From the IMG/VR virus record IMGVR_UViG_3300046370_000603: a DNA stretch of 64,000 nucleotides; one strand, written 5' to 3'. Position numbers and translations under genes: made by a program. Under the pieces are notes generated by a model. The model saw nothing but the letters and a program-made list of their open reading frames with translations. It ran no database searches and was not told the DNA's origin. This document shows positions 28,562 through 39,027 of the stretch, one piece after another; position 1 is the first letter of the stretch; each line of letters starts with the position of its first letter. This DNA is from a virus.

Positions 28562-28787
28562 AATCAAGCTCCTCTTTCAAAAATTTTTTGGGCCAAAATA
28601 TTATATTGTATATAAAAACGAAAATGGCAAAACAAAAACATATCAAATTGGTTCAATTAATTTGTATAATTCTTTTGGCAACAAAGAATCTCAAAGAAAC
28701 AACATTGGATTTAAAGCTTATTGTTTCGGAAGAAAGCAAATTCGATCCTTTCGCCATGATCGCATAATTTCAATTACAAAAAAATGA
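28551..28787 (+). CDS. Minimal WYL-like domain protein
   Basis: IVYKNENG...KAYCFGRKQIRSFRHDRI matches the WYL pattern AYC..R...R.FR.DRI. Confidence 0.65.
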   Translation: MLNKIKLLFQKFFGPKYYIVYKNENGKTKTYQIGSINLYNSFGNKESQRNNIGFKAYCFGRKQIRSFRHDRIISITKK

Positions 28788-29389
28788 GCACTCAAAATAT
28801 GACAACAGCCAATGATTCTTTTAGTATTGATTCTAATGGAATTTGGCACGGACTTAATAAAAAAAACGTAATGGATCATCATGTCCATGATTTTTATCTT
28901 TGCAACTCAATCATAGAATTGTTAACAAACGAAAACCCAGAAACTGTTGGAGACTTTGGCTGTGGATTAGGTTTTTATACGCATCAACTCAAAAAGAGCG
29001 GAATAAACAGCTTTGGCTACGATGGTAGCCCCAACACTTACGAGCTTACCAATGGATCTTGCTCTGTATTAGAGCTTCATAAACCCTTTCGCTTTCCCAA
29101 GCCTTTTGATTGGGTACTTTGTCTTGAAGTTGGCGAACATATTCCAAAGCAATTTGAATCTATTTTTATTGATAATCTTCACCACAACTCATCAAAAGGT
29201 ATTATATTAAGCTGGGCCATCAAGGGTCAAGGTGGAGATGGTCATGTAAACTGCCAAAACAATGATTATGTAGAGTCTCAATTTCAGTCATTAGGTTACG
29301 CTTTAGATCTAGACGCTCAAACCAAACTCAGAAATGATGCATTTGCTCCTTATTTTAAGAGGACTATAATGGTGTTTAGGAAATTGTAA
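28784..29389 (+). CDS. Class I SAM-dependent methyltransferase
   Basis: DFGCGLG, FDWVLCLEVGEHIP, GQGGDGHVNCQ. Confidence 0.85.
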   Translation: MSTQNMTTANDSFSIDSNGIWHGLNKKNVMDHHVHDFYLCNSIIELLTNENPETVGDFGCGLGFYTHQLKKSGINSFGYDGSPNTYELTNGSCSVLELHKPFRFPKPFDWVLCLEVGEHIPKQFESIFIDNLHHNSSKGIILSWAIKGQGGDGHVNCQNNDYVESQFQSLGYALDLDAQTKLRNDAFAPYFKRTIMVFRKL

Positions 29390-29962
29390 ATGTTTTTTTC
29401 TATTGAATTTTACATATTATTGTGTATTATACTTGTACTAGTAAATTTATTTCTTTATCAGAAATTTCGCAAATCCAAATCTAATTTAAAATATGAATCT
29501 AACTCTAGTTTTAACGCCGATCTACGCACGGAAAATACATTCTTAAAAGATCAATTAAATCAACTTCAAAAATCTTTTCAATCCGAGCAAGATCTCATCA
29601 AGCTCCAAAGAAAAGAACTTAACGAAAAAGAAAAAATACTAACAGAAACTAATCTTAACTTAGAAAATCGCCTCCTAGAAGAGACTGAAAGCCGAAGAAA
29701 AGTTTTAAGTCAAAAGAAAAGTAGTGAAGTTCGCCTGGGTCAAATTGCAGAAACTCTAGCTCCCTTCTTAGATCAATTTGATTTTGAGCCAGAAAATTGC
29801 ATTTTTTTAGGTAGACCTATTGACTACATATCTTTTGGAGATGATGAAATAACATTTATTGAAATTAAAAGTGGCAAGAGTCAACTAAATCAAAAACAAA
29901 GACACATTAGAGATCTAATAAAAAATAAATTTATTAACTGGAAAGAAATAAGAATAAAATGA
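29390..29962 (+). CDS. Holliday-junction-resolvase-like endonuclease with N-terminal TM helix and coiled coil
   Basis: GQIAETLAPF...FLGRPIDYISF...FIEIKSGKSQL. Confidence 0.8.
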   Translation: MFFSIEFYILLCIILVLVNLFLYQKFRKSKSNLKYESNSSFNADLRTENTFLKDQLNQLQKSFQSEQDLIKLQRKELNEKEKILTETNLNLENRLLEETESRRKVLSQKKSSEVRLGQIAETLAPFLDQFDFEPENCIFLGRPIDYISFGDDEITFIEIKSGKSQLNQKQRHIRDLIKNKFINWKEIRIK

Positions 29963-30633
29963 AAGAACGTTTAAAAGAAAATATTAAGAATTTAAATCAA
30001 CCCTCTTACAAAGGTAAATATATAGAAATGGGTGCAGTTGACGGTCATTTTCAATCTAATACCAATTGGCTTCAAAGCGAATATGATTGGACTGGAATTT
30101 TAATTGAACCTGCTCCAATTCAATTCGAAAAGTTAAAAACTACACGACCTAATAACTTTTATTTTAATTGCGCTTGTGTTTCTTTTGATTATCAAGACTC
30201 TACTGCAGATGGAGATTTTGACGGTAGGGCAATGTCTTCGATTGGAGGATTAAGAACTCGCAGACCTGCGACGCACACAGTACAAGCTAGAACATTGCAA
30301 TCTATATTAGATGAAACTAATATTGGAGACATAGACTTCTTCTCTCTTGATGTCGAAGGTTATGAATTAGAAGTTTTAAAAGGTATTAATTTTGAAAAAC
30401 AAAAAATTCATCAAGTTTTAATTGAAGTTACTGAAAAAGATTATTCACAAAGAGATTCAGGGCTAGAAATTATTTCTAGTTTCATGTTTTCTAAAAATTA
30501 TTCTCTAGCTCCTGTAGATTATGGCGCTGGACTTGGTTGCATCAGTGCTTTCACCTCTGAACCAAATCCTAAAAACGAAACTGGTCAAGTTTATAATGGG
30601 CACAATGATTATCTTTTTAATTTAAACATTTAA
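29959..30633 (+). CDS. FkbM-family methyltransferase
   Basis: IEMGAVDG..SNT, WTGILIEP, IDFFSLDVEGYE. Confidence 0.85.
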   Translation: MKERLKENIKNLNQPSYKGKYIEMGAVDGHFQSNTNWLQSEYDWTGILIEPAPIQFEKLKTTRPNNFYFNCACVSFDYQDSTADGDFDGRAMSSIGGLRTRRPATHTVQARTLQSILDETNIGDIDFFSLDVEGYELEVLKGINFEKQKIHQVLIEVTEKDYSQRDSGLEIISSFMFSKNYSLAPVDYGAGLGCISAFTSEPNPKNETGQVYNGHNDYLFNLNI

Positions 30634-30646
30634 CAAATAAATATAT

Positions 30647-31291
30647 ATGAAAAATAAAATCGTATCATTATTACTAGCCTTCGGGCTTTCTCACGTCGCC
30701 TTAGCTAACTCCGCTAAGATTGGATATGCTTCCGATTTCTTTTATCGGGGCGAGCAAAAGGCTCTTGAATCAGTTCAAGCTTCTATCGATCTTGAGCAAT
30801 CTGTAGCTAGTTTAAATGCTAGTTTTCATCTATGCACTAATCAATCTATTGACACTGGAGTTGATAGCTATGGTATTGCTTTTGGAATTAGTGAATCATT
30901 TGCTGATGAGCTTTTTTCTCTCTACGGAGGTTTTAATCATTTTGAAGATGTCGCTGGCGATGCGCTCTCTGAAATTGCAGTAAAAGCTTCTCTTAATATT
31001 GTGGGCAGCCCCACTTTATCTGTTTATCGCAATGTAGATGATAAGCTCTATACATTTGAAGGTTCTTTAAAGCATCAATTTGATCTTGAAGTTGTAGACC
31101 TTTGCGTACATGCTTCCGCTGGAAATACTGACACTACGGAATCTACTGATCGTTCTTATTATGGATTAGGAGCTAATTTATCTCGTTCTGTAGGCGAAGG
31201 AGCAATCTTATCAGCTTCTGCTGATTTGGTAGACGCTGATGACATTGATAGAGAATTTGTCTTTGGAACAGCCTTAACTTTTAATTTCTAA
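30647..31291 (+). CDS. Outer-membrane beta-barrel protein (TorF/Gcw_chp-like porin)
   Basis: Sec signal ending ALA, SDFFYRG motif, alternating beta-strand pattern, C-terminal Phe (LTFNF). Confidence 0.7.
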   Translation: MKNKIVSLLLAFGLSHVALANSAKIGYASDFFYRGEQKALESVQASIDLEQSVASLNASFHLCTNQSIDTGVDSYGIAFGISESFADELFSLYGGFNHFEDVAGDALSEIAVKASLNIVGSPTLSVYRNVDDKLYTFEGSLKHQFDLEVVDLCVHASAGNTDTTESTDRSYYGLGANLSRSVGEGAILSASADLVDADDIDREFVFGTALTFNF

Positions 31292-31305
31292 TATAAAATA
31301 CAATT

Positions 31306-31569
31306 ATGAAAAACACACTAGATACAATAAGCTGCGCTGTAAAAGGCATTGCAGCAACATTACTTAGCGTTCTTGGACTACTTATTATCGTTCAAGCTGT
31401 CTTCGGTACATCGGCTCCTGTTGATGTTATAGGAAATCTTCAAGGTTTAGTTGGAGGATTTGTGGGTCCAGAAACTGGCTTCACTTCTTTCCTAACATTA
31501 ATTCTTGTCGTAGCTTTGCTGGCAAAAAACAGCTCTTGCTCGCGCAGTAAATGTGATTCAGAAGGTTAA
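31306..31569 (+). CDS. Small two-TM membrane protein, operon partner of the porin
   Basis: Two hydrophobic helices around DVIGNL. Confidence 0.65.
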   Translation: MKNTLDTISCAVKGIAATLLSVLGLLIIVQAVFGTSAPVDVIGNLQGLVGGFVGPETGFTSFLTLILVVALLAKNSSCSRSKCDSEG

Positions 31570-31591
31570 TCTTACTTTAACCGCTTTAAAC

Positions 31592-31618
31592 AAGGGGGGC
31601 TTTGCCCCCCTTTTTTTT
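31592..31618 (+). terminator. Rho-independent terminator
   Basis: aaggggggc-ttt-gcccccc followed by T8. Confidence 0.9.
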
Positions 31619-31650
31619 GAATTTCAAACTTTAATTAATATAATATTATT

Positions 31651-32487
31651 ATGCGCATTCTTATAACAGGGCATAAAGGCTTCATTGGTAAAAATCTCCA
31701 CAATTATTTATCGAACTTTAAAGCTTTAAATTATACAGTTGAAGGATTTGATCAAGATTTAAATGAAGATCTTAAGTTTCCCGACTGCTCTCAATATGAA
31801 TGGGTAATACATTTAGGCGCTATTAGTACTACTACTGAAAAAAATGTAGAAAAAATTCTTAAGTATAATTTAGAATACAGTATAGAGCTTCTGTCTCTTT
31901 GTGAAAAAAATCAATGCAACTTTCAATATGCTAGTTCTGCCAGTGTATATGGCAATAATAAAAGTTTTAATGAAAACGATTCTGTTTACCCCTTAAATCC
32001 TTATGCTTGGAGCAAATATCTCTTTGATCGACATGTAAAAAAACATTACCGCGATTCAAATATTTGGATTCAAGGTTTTAGGTACTTTAATGTCTATGGC
32101 AATCATGAAGAACATAAAAAAAATCAGGCTTCGCCTATTACAAAGTTTTCCATTCAAGCTCAGCGCGAAAAATCTATAAAACTTTTTGAAAACAGCAATG
32201 AATATCTTAGAGATTTTATTTGCGTAAATGATATTTGTAAAATTCACGAAAAAATGCTCCACCAAAATGTTTCTGAAATTTTCAATGTTGGAACTGGCAG
32301 CCCAATCTCTTTTGAGCAAGTTGCCAATTTAATTTGTGAAAAATATAATGTCAGTAAAAGTTATATATCTATGCCTGATGACCTCAAAACTCAGTATCAA
32401 TCTTACACAAAGGCTGACATCAGTAAACTTTTAAAATATGTTGATATAGAATTTCAAACAGTAGAAGATTACTTAACTCATGGATGA
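31651..32487 (+). CDS. hldD: ADP-L-glycero-D-manno-heptose 6-epimerase-like SDR
   Basis: TGHKGFIG, HLGAISTTTE, YASSASVYG, PLNPYAWSK, RYFNVYG..E.HK, YQSYTKAD; leaderless promoter TTGAAT-16-TATAAT-6-ATG. Confidence 0.85.
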   Translation: MRILITGHKGFIGKNLHNYLSNFKALNYTVEGFDQDLNEDLKFPDCSQYEWVIHLGAISTTTEKNVEKILKYNLEYSIELLSLCEKNQCNFQYASSASVYGNNKSFNENDSVYPLNPYAWSKYLFDRHVKKHYRDSNIWIQGFRYFNVYGNHEEHKKNQASPITKFSIQAQREKSIKLFENSNEYLRDFICVNDICKIHEKMLHQNVSEIFNVGTGSPISFEQVANLICEKYNVSKSYISMPDDLKTQYQSYTKADISKLLKYVDIEFQTVEDYLTHG

Positions 32488-32689
32488 TGACTTTTATATT
32501 GGTGGTCCACGAGATTATGATGAGCAAACAGATTCGTTTCGCATTGATCTTGAGAATTTAATTTATAGATATATTGACGAGTATGATATTAATACAATTA
32601 CCATGATAGGAGCACTGCAAGAAAAAATAATAGAACTATCAAATGAGGGCAATATCGAATTTGAATCTGATGAAGATTTACTAGAATAA
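32480..32689 (+). CDS. Acidic hypothetical protein
   Basis: ORF track. Confidence 0.6.
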   Translation: MDDDFYIGGPRDYDEQTDSFRIDLENLIYRYIDEYDINTITMIGALQEKIIELSNEGNIEFESDEDLLE

Positions 32690-32715
32690 TTAAAAGTTTT
32701 TTTTATCATATAATT

Positions 32716-33117
32716 ATGAAAACTATATGGTGTAATGGAACTTTTGATGTCTTACATTCTTCTCACATAAAACTTCTAAAATCAGCTAGGCATTTATCTT
32801 GTGGTGGACACGTTATAGTTGGCCTAGATTCTGATTCAAGAGTTTCGGATAAAAAAGGTTCAAAGAGACCTTTTAAAAATTATCATGAGCGTAAAACCAT
32901 CCTGGAATCCATCAAATATGTAGATATGGTTTTTGAATTTTACACCGATCTTCAGTTAGAGAATTTAGTTAAAATGGTTTCTCCAGACATCATGCTGCTC
33001 GGAAGTGATTATGAAAATCAAAAAATCATTGGTGCTGATTTTGCTAAAGAAGTTCGTTTTCTAGAGCGAATTGACGATCTTTCAACATCTGCCATCATCA
33101 ATAAAATTAAATCATGA
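32716..33117 (+). CDS. HldE domain II-like adenylyl/cytidylyltransferase
   Basis: NGTFDVLHSSH, VGLDSDSRV..KKG..RP, GSDY, STSAII. Confidence 0.85.
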   Translation: MKTIWCNGTFDVLHSSHIKLLKSARHLSCGGHVIVGLDSDSRVSDKKGSKRPFKNYHERKTILESIKYVDMVFEFYTDLQLENLVKMVSPDIMLLGSDYENQKIIGADFAKEVRFLERIDDLSTSAIINKIKS

Positions 33118-34319
33118 GTGAACAACAAGCATTTGATTTTTGTATAATTGGAGCTGGTATAGTAGGACTTTCTACCGCTTACAACATTCGCAAAAAATTC
33201 CCCAATGCTAAAATTGCTATTATAGAAAAAGAAAAAACTTTTGCCCTACATCAAACGGGTAGAAATTCTGGTGTTATCCATTCTGGAATTTATTACAAGC
33301 CAAACTCTCAAAAAGCTTTAAATTGTAGGTCTGGTAAAAAAATTCTAGAAAAATTTTGTTTAGATCATGATATTAATTTTGAACTTTGCGGAAAAGTTAT
33401 TGTAGCTACAGATAAGAAAGAGTTACCAAAACTAAAAGAGTTATATTCCAGAGGATTGTCTAATGGAGTTGACTGCGAATTAATCTCTAAAAATAGATTA
33501 CTAGAAATTGAACCCCATGCAAAAGGTGTAGAAGCTATTCACGTTAAAGAATGCGGAATTATTGACTATACAGCTGTTTGCAAAAAGTTAACTTCTTTAA
33601 TAAAAAATTCTGAATACGATCAATTTTTTTATAATTTTGAGGTCACAAAAATTAAAAAATTAAAAAACAAACAGATCCTGATTCAGTCCAAAGATTCAGA
33701 AATTCTATCTCAAACAGTCGTCAACTGCGCAGGGCTTTATTCTGACAAAATTGCTAAAATTTCTGGAGCGAATCCTTCTTTAAAAATAATACCATTTAAA
33801 GGTGAATATTTTAAACTTAAAAAATCCTCTCAACATCTTTGCAAAAATTTAATTTACCCAGTACCTGATCCTAAATTCCCTTTTCTTGGTGTGCATTTTA
33901 CCAGAGGTATAGATGGCTCTGTCGAGTGTGGTCCTAATGCCGTTTTTTCTTTTGGAAAAGAATCTTATAAAAAATTTGATGTCAATCTTTTTGAAGCTTT
34001 GGATTCAATCTGTTATCCAGGGTTCTTGAAAATGGCTTCGCAACATTGGAAAATGGGCTTGGGAGAAATCTATAGATCTTTTAATAAATTAGCTTTTACA
34101 AAAGCTTTACAAAGACTTGTGCCAGAAATTCAATCTAAAGATATGATATCTTCTCCATCAGGCATAAGAGCTCAAGCAATTGACTCCTCTGGGAATTTAA
34201 TTGATGATTTTGTGATTGAAACTGAAGGTTCAATAGTTAATGTTTGCAATGCGCCTTCGCCAGCAGCAACATCTTGTTTTGGAATAGCTGACACCATCGT
34301 CTCAAAACTGTATTTATAA
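33114..34319 (+). CDS. lhgO: L-2-hydroxyglutarate oxidase-family FAD oxidoreductase
   Basis: IIGAGIVG, HQTGRNSGVIHSGIYY, IYPVPDPKFPFLGVHFT, GIRAQA, NAPSPAAT. Confidence 0.9.
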   Translation: MSEQQAFDFCIIGAGIVGLSTAYNIRKKFPNAKIAIIEKEKTFALHQTGRNSGVIHSGIYYKPNSQKALNCRSGKKILEKFCLDHDINFELCGKVIVATDKKELPKLKELYSRGLSNGVDCELISKNRLLEIEPHAKGVEAIHVKECGIIDYTAVCKKLTSLIKNSEYDQFFYNFEVTKIKKLKNKQILIQSKDSEILSQTVVNCAGLYSDKIAKISGANPSLKIIPFKGEYFKLKKSSQHLCKNLIYPVPDPKFPFLGVHFTRGIDGSVECGPNAVFSFGKESYKKFDVNLFEALDSICYPGFLKMASQHWKMGLGEIYRSFNKLAFTKALQRLVPEIQSKDMISSPSGIRAQAIDSSGNLIDDFVIETEGSIVNVCNAPSPAATSCFGIADTIVSKLYL

Positions 34320-34362
34320 AAAAAATTACAACGCAAAAAAAATAAAGTGGACTATAATATTT

Positions 34363-35274
34363 ATGAAAAATAATAAAATTAAAAAATGCTTAGTTACAGG
34401 TGGGGCTGGATTCATTGGCTCACATATAGTTGAACAATTACTTGACTTAAATTATCAAGTTGTTGTTGTAGATAACGAATCTTCTGATGCTAATGAAGTA
34501 TTTAATTGGCGCGATGATACAGAAAATTATAAAGTAGATATTTGCGACTTTGAACATTTTTCACCTTTATGTAAAGATGTTGATGTTATTTTTCATCTTG
34601 CTGCAGAAGCTAGGATTCAACCAACATTAAAAGACCCCATTTTAGCTACAAAAACAAATGTTTTAGGTACTTGTTCCGTTCTTCAAGCGGCTAGGGATAA
34701 TAATGTAAAAAGAGTCATTTACAGCTCTACTTCAGCCGCATATGGCTTAAAAAATGAATGCCCATTGAACGAAGACATGCCAAAAGATTGTTTAAATCCG
34801 TATTCTGTAACAAAAACTGCTGGTGAAGAATTATGTAAAATGTATACAGATTTATTTGGCCTCGAAACAGTTTCATTTCGTTATTTTAATGTCTACGGAG
34901 AGCGACAGCCTCTTAAAGGTCAATACGCTCCAGTAATTGGAATCTTTCTTCGTCAAAAAAATGCTGGAGAACCGATGACTGTAGTAGGAGACGGAACTCA
35001 AAAACGAGATTTTACATACGTGGGAGATATAGCTAGAGCTAATGTTCTAGCTTCCAACCTTGAGAACAAGGAAGTCGTTGGTCAACTAATAAATTTAGGC
35101 ACAGGTTTAAATCATTCTGTTCTAGAAATAAAAGATTTAATTGGAGGTGACTTTATTCATATTGAAGCTCGACTGGGCGAATCAAAAGAGACCTTAGCTG
35201 ATAATAGTAAAGCTAAAAATATTTTACACTGGGAACCAACTCAAAAGCTAGAAGATTGGATAGATAAACAATAG
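34363..35274 (+). CDS. NAD-dependent nucleotide-sugar epimerase/dehydratase
   Basis: TGGAGFIGSH, YSVTK, RYFNVYG, GDGTQKRDFTYV. Confidence 0.9.
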   Translation: MKNNKIKKCLVTGGAGFIGSHIVEQLLDLNYQVVVVDNESSDANEVFNWRDDTENYKVDICDFEHFSPLCKDVDVIFHLAAEARIQPTLKDPILATKTNVLGTCSVLQAARDNNVKRVIYSSTSAAYGLKNECPLNEDMPKDCLNPYSVTKTAGEELCKMYTDLFGLETVSFRYFNVYGERQPLKGQYAPVIGIFLRQKNAGEPMTVVGDGTQKRDFTYVGDIARANVLASNLENKEVVGQLINLGTGLNHSVLEIKDLIGGDFIHIEARLGESKETLADNSKAKNILHWEPTQKLEDWIDKQ

Positions 35275-35305
35275 TTTTTTGTGTAATATTCTTTGTGGAC
35301 ATTAA

Positions 35306-36700
35306 ATGGAATTATTAAAAAACATTAATATTAAACTTAGGACCGCTAGATCTGGAGATCCAGCGTTAGAAGCGGGCGAGGTACTAACTCTAGAATTTAT
35401 TAAAAAATACTTATATAAAAACATTTTTATGGCGCCAAGAGCATGGGCCGAACGCAATGCTTGGTTTTTTAAAAATACTGAAAAGATACCAAGCGTTGGT
35501 AGACCTCCTTCCATAATAGAAATAGAAAGAGAAGGAAAAAAACTCTTTCTTTATGATTTGTTTTGTAGTGCAACTGAAGTTTTTGGTTGTTCTGATTCTG
35601 ATTTTAAGAACCATGGAATGAATCAACATATGTTTCCCCGTGATTACCCACATTACCAAAATTACACTGCTGATCATGCTTTTATATCTAATCCACCTAG
35701 AGCTGGAGTTCCAATAGATTCTACTTTTCGTGATTGGTTTCATTTTGTAGACCTTGAAACTTTATCTGAAGTTGATCCACCTGAAGAATCCTTAAGTTTT
35801 TTTGGGCCCTTGATCTCTGAGATATGGGATTGGTGCGCTACAGGTAATACGTTTCCAGGTTACGCAAGAGACATAAATGTAGAGCCAGAAGGGGTAATCT
35901 ATTATACCCATCTCGGCCTTGGAGATGAGATTATATGCTTTGGATTAATTAATCATTTATCAGAAATATACGATAAAGTCATAGTTGCCTCTCATAAACA
36001 TAATAAAGATCAACTCGATTATTTCTTCCAAGAAAATCCAAAAGTTGAATTCGCCTCCGTCTCTGGCTCTGGCAATCGCCATTGGAAACAGGGAGCCTTA
36101 CAACTTGTAAGAGATCATCCTAATTTTAAACCTGTAATCTCAGGAGATGTAAATAATTTGGTTCAGTTGGGGCAAAACTTCAGTTATGGATTTTATCATT
36201 TTCACCAATTGAGTTATTCATTATCTCTTTCAAAATTTAAACCCCCAGCTGAAGATGAGCGTCAAACAGCTCTTGCTGATCATTTAAAAAAATTATATAA
36301 TATTACTGGCGATTATGCAATTTGCAGCGCAGAATGGTCCAAAAATAAAAACCCTGTTAACTTATTAGATGTTGATTTAAAAGGGCACACTTGCGATTAC
36401 CCACTTATCTACATCAAACAAGAAGAAAACATTTTCAGCAATATGTTTTTGCTCAAAAAATTAGTGCTTGAAGCGAAGCAAGTTTTCTTTATTGACAGCG
36501 CTTTTGCTCATTTTTTAGAGCGCATTGGGTATACAGGAGAAGCTTATTTAGTTCGATCTTTAAAAGGAAAACCTTATAGCCTTTTAACTGAAGTGAAACG
36601 TCATGAATCATCTGAAAAAAGTGAAAATTGCTGCTTTTGCGGAGGTCGCTTTAAAGACTATTGGAATGATTTGGCTCTTTTAGATGTTACAGTAATCTAA
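35306..36700 (+). CDS. Putative glycosyltransferase (HLGLGD module) with an unknown N-terminal domain
   Basis: THLGLGDEIICFGLINHL...IDSAF. Confidence 0.55.
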   Translation: MELLKNINIKLRTARSGDPALEAGEVLTLEFIKKYLYKNIFMAPRAWAERNAWFFKNTEKIPSVGRPPSIIEIEREGKKLFLYDLFCSATEVFGCSDSDFKNHGMNQHMFPRDYPHYQNYTADHAFISNPPRAGVPIDSTFRDWFHFVDLETLSEVDPPEESLSFFGPLISEIWDWCATGNTFPGYARDINVEPEGVIYYTHLGLGDEIICFGLINHLSEIYDKVIVASHKHNKDQLDYFFQENPKVEFASVSGSGNRHWKQGALQLVRDHPNFKPVISGDVNNLVQLGQNFSYGFYHFHQLSYSLSLSKFKPPAEDERQTALADHLKKLYNITGDYAICSAEWSKNKNPVNLLDVDLKGHTCDYPLIYIKQEENIFSNMFLLKKLVLEAKQVFFIDSAFAHFLERIGYTGEAYLVRSLKGKPYSLLTEVKRHESSEKSENCCFCGGRFKDYWNDLALLDVTVI

Positions 36701-36719
36701 ATCCAGTGTATATATTTTT

Positions 36720-37070
36720 ATGAGCGATTTACACATACCGCATTTAAATTCTTCTGATTTAGCTGTTTTTTTCCTTTCTATTTATAAATATAAAAAAGTT
36801 GATACTTTAATTGATCTTTGCGCAGATAATATTATTTATAGAGACAATTTTCATAAATTGGGGGGGAAAAATAATTTTAAAACATTTTTAAAACATTTTT
36901 TTGAAGAAGAATTCGATTTTAATTTTACAAGCACAATTCACCAAGAAGAAGATTCTCTATCAGATTTTACTTTTAAGGTTGCAGGAAATACACATAAAGG
37001 TCAAGTTTTGCTGCATTTTAATGAAAACCGAAAAGTAACTCTGGCGTGGTTTCATTTCATTTTTGAATGA
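36720..37070 (+). CDS. SnoaL/NTF2-like protein
   Basis: DLCADNIIYRD...GKNNFKTFL; GTGTA motif 14 nt upstream. Confidence 0.55.
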   Translation: MSDLHIPHLNSSDLAVFFLSIYKYKKVDTLIDLCADNIIYRDNFHKLGGKNNFKTFLKHFFEEEFDFNFTSTIHQEEDSLSDFTFKVAGNTHKGQVLLHFNENRKVTLAWFHFIFE

Positions 37071-38275
37071 ACCCTATTTTTGAAAACTTTAAAATTCAAC
37101 ATCTTAAAGATGTGTTTTTTTATAAAGGAAATTATTACTCAAGTGAGAAACTCCTTGAAAATGTTTCGCTTCATCCACAAGACTATGTTCCATTTCACAC
37201 GCTTCCTATTTCAGATTTAACTAATTTAGTTGGAGCAGAAAAATTAAAAGAAGCTAAAACAGAGCCCAGACCAATTGTGTGTCTAAATAATTTTCATGGA
37301 AATCCTGGTCATAATTTATGGGATTGTATGTATTCTAGTTGGTATTCGCTTTTTTATTTTATGCCAGATTCCGCCAAGGAAGATGATTTTATTTGGCTAG
37401 TTTCTCCAAGCATGTGGAGTCATTATCGTAAGTGGCCCATGGAACTTTTAAAACGTTTTTGTGGAGATTCAGTGAAGTCTAGTTGGCATTTGGTAGAAAA
37501 TGACATCGCTCCTCATTCAGCTCAATCTGAAATTATTTTAAAAATCCCAAATTTAATTATAGGATGCGCTGTCGGCATTGGCTGCATAGAAAAAAACTTC
37601 TGCAGCCGAAAACAGCTAAAAGCACACACACAAGATCCTGTTGATATTTTTGTTGATAGACTTTATGATCGTTATAATATCACGCGCAATAAAGATGTTG
37701 GCAAAAACAATACAATATACTACATAGCTAATAAAAGACCCTATCATGGCGTAGAAAATTTATTTGCCGCTTTAAATAAAAAATATTTAAATAAATTTAA
37801 TTTTCAAATCATCGATTTATCTCAACATAACTTTGAAAGTCAACTAAATATAGCCAATTCTGCTAAAATTATAATTTGTGGCGTTGGAACCGCACGGGCC
37901 AACAGTCCATTTTTACCGCATGGAGGCTTAGAAATTCAAACTGGCACTTTTGGCGGGGGAAATATGATGGATGAACACATCGGAACACTATCTTCCTTCA
38001 TAAAAGTTCTGCATGTTCAAGACCTTACCTCTCGATATAACGATCAAGAAATTGTCTCTAAAAACGCTATTGAAAAACTTCAATCCTCAATTGAACAGTG
38101 CCTAAATTATACTTTTGAGTACCCTATTGAAAACCGTGAATCTAATTTGCCAGCTATCGTTCAAAAATATATTAACCATCCTTTGATTGAACAGTTTTAT
38201 GAAAATTTTGTTCGTGCAAAAAAAACCAACTCATACGTATTAATATCTAATATCATTAATAATGAAAAAGTTTAA
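37067..38275 (+). CDS. GT61/DUF563-like glycosyltransferase
   Basis: NPGHNLWD, FESQL..ANSAKIIICGVGTARANSPFLP. Confidence 0.6.
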   Translation: MNPIFENFKIQHLKDVFFYKGNYYSSEKLLENVSLHPQDYVPFHTLPISDLTNLVGAEKLKEAKTEPRPIVCLNNFHGNPGHNLWDCMYSSWYSLFYFMPDSAKEDDFIWLVSPSMWSHYRKWPMELLKRFCGDSVKSSWHLVENDIAPHSAQSEIILKIPNLIIGCAVGIGCIEKNFCSRKQLKAHTQDPVDIFVDRLYDRYNITRNKDVGKNNTIYYIANKRPYHGVENLFAALNKKYLNKFNFQIIDLSQHNFESQLNIANSAKIIICGVGTARANSPFLPHGGLEIQTGTFGGGNMMDEHIGTLSSFIKVLHVQDLTSRYNDQEIVSKNAIEKLQSSIEQCLNYTFEYPIENRESNLPAIVQKYINHPLIEQFYENFVRAKKTNSYVLISNIINNEKV

Positions 38276-38993
38276 AATATTAAATCCTATTCTTGGAGCG
38301 AAAAGCTTAAAATATCAACAAGCTAAAGAAATCTGCCAGCGAACTTGGTTAAAAAAAACTGACGACGATGTTTTTTCTTTTTTTTATGAGGGTGACTACT
38401 CCGAAGATAACTTTTTCATTGATACGCTCCAACTTGAAACGGCAGATGCCTTAAGCTCTTCAATTTTTAAAACTCTAGATTGTTTTAAATATTGTTTAGC
38501 TAATTTTGATTTTGATTATATTTATCGTTCGTGTTTAAGCACTTATATAAATCTTCCCGCTCTTAAAAATTTTGCCGAGACTTTACCTATTTCTAATTTT
38601 TATGGAGGCTTCGTCGGCAGACATCGCGTAGCTGATTTTGCCGCTGGATATGGATACTGGATCTCCAAAGATTTGGTTAAACTTTTAGTTGCTCTGTACG
38701 AAGAAAAAATTATTGACAAACAATTAGTTATAGATGATGTTGATGTAGGTTTTCATTTGCGCGAGCAAGGAATTTTACCTCAACCTACCATTCAACAAAA
38801 TAAAGGTGGAAGTATTCCTTGGAATATATATAAAAGTTATCTTGCTGGTGACATTTCTTTAGAAGTTTTTTTGCAAAATGTGCCTGACTGTTATTGTCAC
38901 CGCTTAAAACCCGCTGACATACCGAATCCTCCAGAAAATTATTATATCACTCATTTAGAAAAATTAATGGAATCAATTAATCAAAAATATTGA
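38262..38993 (+). CDS. GT-A glycosyltransferase (GT31-like)
   Basis: TW...KT...FDYIYR, FAAGYGYWISKDLV, DDVDVG. Confidence 0.65.
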   Translation: MKKFKILNPILGAKSLKYQQAKEICQRTWLKKTDDDVFSFFYEGDYSEDNFFIDTLQLETADALSSSIFKTLDCFKYCLANFDFDYIYRSCLSTYINLPALKNFAETLPISNFYGGFVGRHRVADFAAGYGYWISKDLVKLLVALYEEKIIDKQLVIDDVDVGFHLREQGILPQPTIQQNKGGSIPWNIYKSYLAGDISLEVFLQNVPDCYCHRLKPADIPNPPENYYITHLEKLMESINQKY

Positions 38994-39027
38994 CCTTGAT
39001 TTTAATAATGGGTGTATATAACATCAT

